Notes under the pieces: generated by a model
The model's input: only the letters and a program-made list of their open reading frames with translations
Databases searched by the model: none
Told to the model about the DNA's origin: nothing
Translations under genes and position numbers: made by a program
In this document: piece by piece, positions 36,035-38,463 of the stretch
Layout: each line of letters begins with the position of its first letter
Numbering within the stretch: the stretch's first letter is position 1
Assembly: GCA_964014485.1 (NCBI GenBank)
Contig: CAXHAT010000065.1
Span: 1-38,463, forward strand
DNA from: an uncultured Deferribacteres bacterium
Lineage (GTDB): Bacteria; Zhuqueibacterota; Zhuqueibacteria; Zhuqueibacterales; Geothermadaptataceae
Direction: 5' to 3'
DNA length: 38,463 bases

Positions 36035-37165
36035 TTAGTTCGAAGGTGAAACGATGAGGGACGCCGGGACGACGCTGTCAATTCCCAAGCGGTCGGCCAA
36101 GCCTTGATGCGTACAAACGCCGTCGTAAGAAATCAGGCCGTGCTGGTAATAGGGCTTCTGCTGCAAAGTTTCGGTCAAACCCAAATTCGCGGCGTCCAGG
36201 ACCAGTCCCAAAGTTACATTATTCAGAGCATGCGAGGCTGTTCTTGCCACGCTGGAAAGCACGTTCGGCACGCAATAATGCAAAACGCCGTGTTCGACGT
36301 AGACCGGATCACTCAAAGTTGTGGAGCGACTGGTTTCAAAGCAACCGCCGTGGTCGATGGAATAATCGATAATCACCGCGCCTTCCTTCATTTGCATGAC
36401 TACGTCGCGTGGAACGATGCGCGGCGTCCGCTCTCCGGTTACATGCACGGCGCCCACCATCACGTCGGCGAAACGCCCGGTTTTTTCGATATTGTAGGTC
36501 GTCGCCATCATGGTGATGACGCGCTGATCAAGCAAGGACTCAATGCGTCGCAGCGCCGCAAGATTGTTATCTAAAACGATCACCTGACAACCCAGGCCAA
36601 GAAAAGTATGCGCTGCGCTTGTGCCCACATGCCCGGCGCCAAGAATAACAATTTGCGCCGGCGGAATTCCTGCGCTGCCCCCGAGCACGATGCCGCGTCC
36701 ACCCAAAGTAGTCTCCAGATAACGCCCGGCAATCTGCGGCAGCATTTTTCCAGCAATTTCCGCCATCGCGACGAGAACCGGAAAACTTCCGTCCGGCAGC
36801 ATGAGCAAATCCGTGGCGAAGCAATACGCTTTTCTTTTGAGAATCTTGCGCACGCTGCGTTCGGTGCGCATGCTGAGCTGGAAAAAGGAAAAAATAATCT
36901 GGTTTTCCCTGATAAACTCGACCTCGGATTCGTCCGGCGGCATGACTTTGACGATAATGTCCGCTTTCTCGTAGATTTCCCTCGCCGAATCAGCATGTTT
37001 CGCCCCAACAACAAAATAGGTTTCATCGGAAAAACCGCTGCCAACGCCAGCGCCTTCTTCCACGATGACTTCGTGTCCTTCATGGACGAGCGTGTAAACT
37101 CCGGCAGGCGTTATGGGAACCCGACGTTCTTCGATTTTTGTTTCTTTGACGATGCCAATTTTCAT
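36035..37165 (-). CDS. Alanine dehydrogenase-like protein (AlaDH/PNT family), catalytic Lys and His substituted
   Basis: IG..KE.K..E.RV..TP, VEEGAG.GSGFSD, ILGAGHVG, D.SIDHGGCFETS..TT, HYCVPN. It has KVMPP for KVKEP and FFQL for YLHL. Confidence 0.88.
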   Translation of the reverse strand: MKIGIVKETKIEERRVPITPAGVYTLVHEGHEVIVEEGAGVGSGFSDETYFVVGAKHADSAREIYEKADIIVKVMPPDESEVEFIRENQIIFSFFQLSMRTERSVRKILKRKAYCFATDLLMLPDGSFPVLVAMAEIAGKMLPQIAGRYLETTLGGRGIVLGGSAGIPPAQIVILGAGHVGTSAAHTFLGLGCQVIVLDNNLAALRRIESLLDQRVITMMATTYNIEKTGRFADVMVGAVHVTGERTPRIVPRDVVMQMKEGAVIIDYSIDHGGCFETSRSTTLSDPVYVEHGVLHYCVPNVLSSVARTASHALNNVTLGLVLDAANLGLTETLQQKPYYQHGLISYDGVCTHQGLADRLGIDSVVPASLIVSPSN

Positions 37166-37490
37166 GATATTATCCTGTAACCTTCCGCTGTTTAAGTCGG
37201 AAGTTGAACGGCGAATTGGAATACCCTGTGATGAATTGATGTTTCGTGGGTCGAGTCAGGATGAAGCGCCGGAAATGAAAAAATTTGCAGTGCGATTGCT
37301 CTTAGGTCTTTTGATCAGCGTTGATGAACTTATTCGGCTATTTTGATATTCGAGGAAAGTTTGCAAATCTGGAAATCTGTTTAGATTTAGCCGACAAGAC
37401 AAGCCGAACAGTTGTGCATTTCGGAAGTGGGAAAATAGCGTTTTTTTATAGAAAATCAAGTGGATTCGACAGTCTGACGTGATAAGAATT

Positions 37491-38123
37491 ATGAGTAAGA
37501 AATTTAACTGGTTTTTGTTGATGCTTTTTGCGGGAACCGCCTTCTTGAGTTGTGAAAATCAGCCGCCTCCCGTGAACGATGAGGATGTGGCGTATTTTGA
37601 GAAAGTCGCCGCTTATCGACAAGAAAAGGACGATTGGTTTCGGGAATCCGGCAAATCGCCGTTGCTCTCGGCGGATAAGGCAAAGTTTGAGAAACTGCCT
37701 TATTTTCCAATTTCACCGGCGTATCGTTACACCTTACCTTTGGCTCATTTCGAGCAACCGGATACGATAGTTATGCTGACTTCGCGAGGTTTGGAGCGAA
37801 AAAGCCTTCGTTATGGTCGATTCGAGTTCGAGATTGACGGAACGCGCCAAGTGCTCTCGGTTTATAAGTTTCTCGATCTATCAAAAAAAATGAACTCACA
37901 TCTTTTTGTCCCGTTTCTCGATCAATCCGCTGGCGAACAAACCTACGGCGGCGGAAGATATATCGATTTGTACGAAAACGAAACAGACATTTACCATCTC
38001 GACTTCAATTTTGCCTATAATCCAAACTGCGCCTACGGCAACAAGGAGTACAGCTGCCCGCTGCCGCCTTCGGAAAACACGCTCAGCGTTGAAATTCTTG
38101 CCGGTGAGAAAAAGTGGCGCTGA
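37491..38123 (+). CDS. DUF1684 family lipoprotein
   Basis: Lipobox-like AFLS-C. LFVPFLD...G.QTYGGGRYID, LDFNFAYNP.CAY, SCPLPP.EN.L...I.AGEK. Confidence 0.9.
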   Translation: MSKKFNWFLLMLFAGTAFLSCENQPPPVNDEDVAYFEKVAAYRQEKDDWFRESGKSPLLSADKAKFEKLPYFPISPAYRYTLPLAHFEQPDTIVMLTSRGLERKSLRYGRFEFEIDGTRQVLSVYKFLDLSKKMNSHLFVPFLDQSAGEQTYGGGRYIDLYENETDIYHLDFNFAYNPNCAYGNKEYSCPLPPSENTLSVEILAGEKKWR

Positions 38124-38351
38124 GATTATGCGTCTCGGGCAAATTTCTTCCACTTTCTGATTTCACCACAAAACAGGAAGAAAATCCTTCCATTCAAACC
38201 TGGATCAATTGTCAATAGTCAGCTTACGCTCAGCTGCCCAAACTGCAATTTTGCTAACATCCTTTCCAATATAGCCTCTCAATTTTCTTACTGACTGATG
38301 TTACGCGGCTAACCAATGATATGGCATTTGACCAAAAGCTTTGCTCTACGC

Positions 38352-38389
38352 GTCATTCCTGTCCCCGCCTGCGCGAGGACAGGAATGAC
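38352..38389. repeat. GTCATTCC-type palindromic repeat (REP-like hairpin)
   Basis: 13-bp perfect stem GTCATTCCTGTCC / GGACAGGAATGAC around CCGCCTGCGCGA. Confidence 0.7.
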
Positions 38390-38463
38390 CTTGAAAAACG
38401 TTTTTGAGGGTCAAGCATTTCTATTTTCAATTGCAATATTCGATGCAACTGGAAACCAATCTA

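Noticed and set aside
37166..37490. Riboswitch or sRNA upstream of the Ald-like gene, and the short ORFs there
   Set aside because: No recognisable aptamer consensus, terminator or protein motif.
38124..38350. Short minus-strand reading-frame fragments as a pseudogene or recoded gene
   Set aside because: The frames are interrupted by stops and resemble no family I recognise.
1..38463. CRISPR array, tRNA/rRNA, transposase, integrase or prophage genes
   Set aside because: No regularly spaced repeats, RNA gene signatures or such protein motifs were found by eye.

Overview
Chromosomal window from a diderm bacterium. An FCB-group lineage such as KSB1 or Calditrichota is my inference, from the gene families (orphan MacB-type permease, TonB-dependent receptor with membrane-bound AraC) and TAnnTT-type -10 boxes. 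Gene order: split eukaryote-like saccharopine pathway genes (LKR, partial, then SDH); a MacB-type permease; an MMPL/RND - LolA-like - outer-membrane barrel export operon interrupted by an MNT-HEPN pair; a 137-bp nested-palindrome (REPIN-like) element; a hybrid kinase / 76-aa protein / sigma54 response regulator cluster; pepD - second MNT-HEPN - thiI - trmI; CPBP protease - mltG - pcrA - giant TPR gene; thiamine-binding-family protein, AraC and TonB-dependent receptor; chorismate mutase plus a DAHP synthase homolog; pgk; an alanine dehydrogenase homolog; a DUF1684 lipoprotein. No rRNA, tRNA, CRISPR array or transposase was seen. Best leads: (1) a full-length type Ibeta DAHP synthase homolog that has lost all four metal ligands and most substrate-binding residues but keeps its ACT-like effector-site residues, encoded 1 nt after a chorismate mutase; (2) a stand-alone 76-aa H-box (DHp-like) protein between an HPt-less hybrid kinase and an NtrC-family regulator; (3) an Ald homolog lacking catalytic Lys75 and His96; (4) the REPIN-like element with compensatory stem changes. 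All residue mappings are by eye against remembered reference sequences and need a real alignment.
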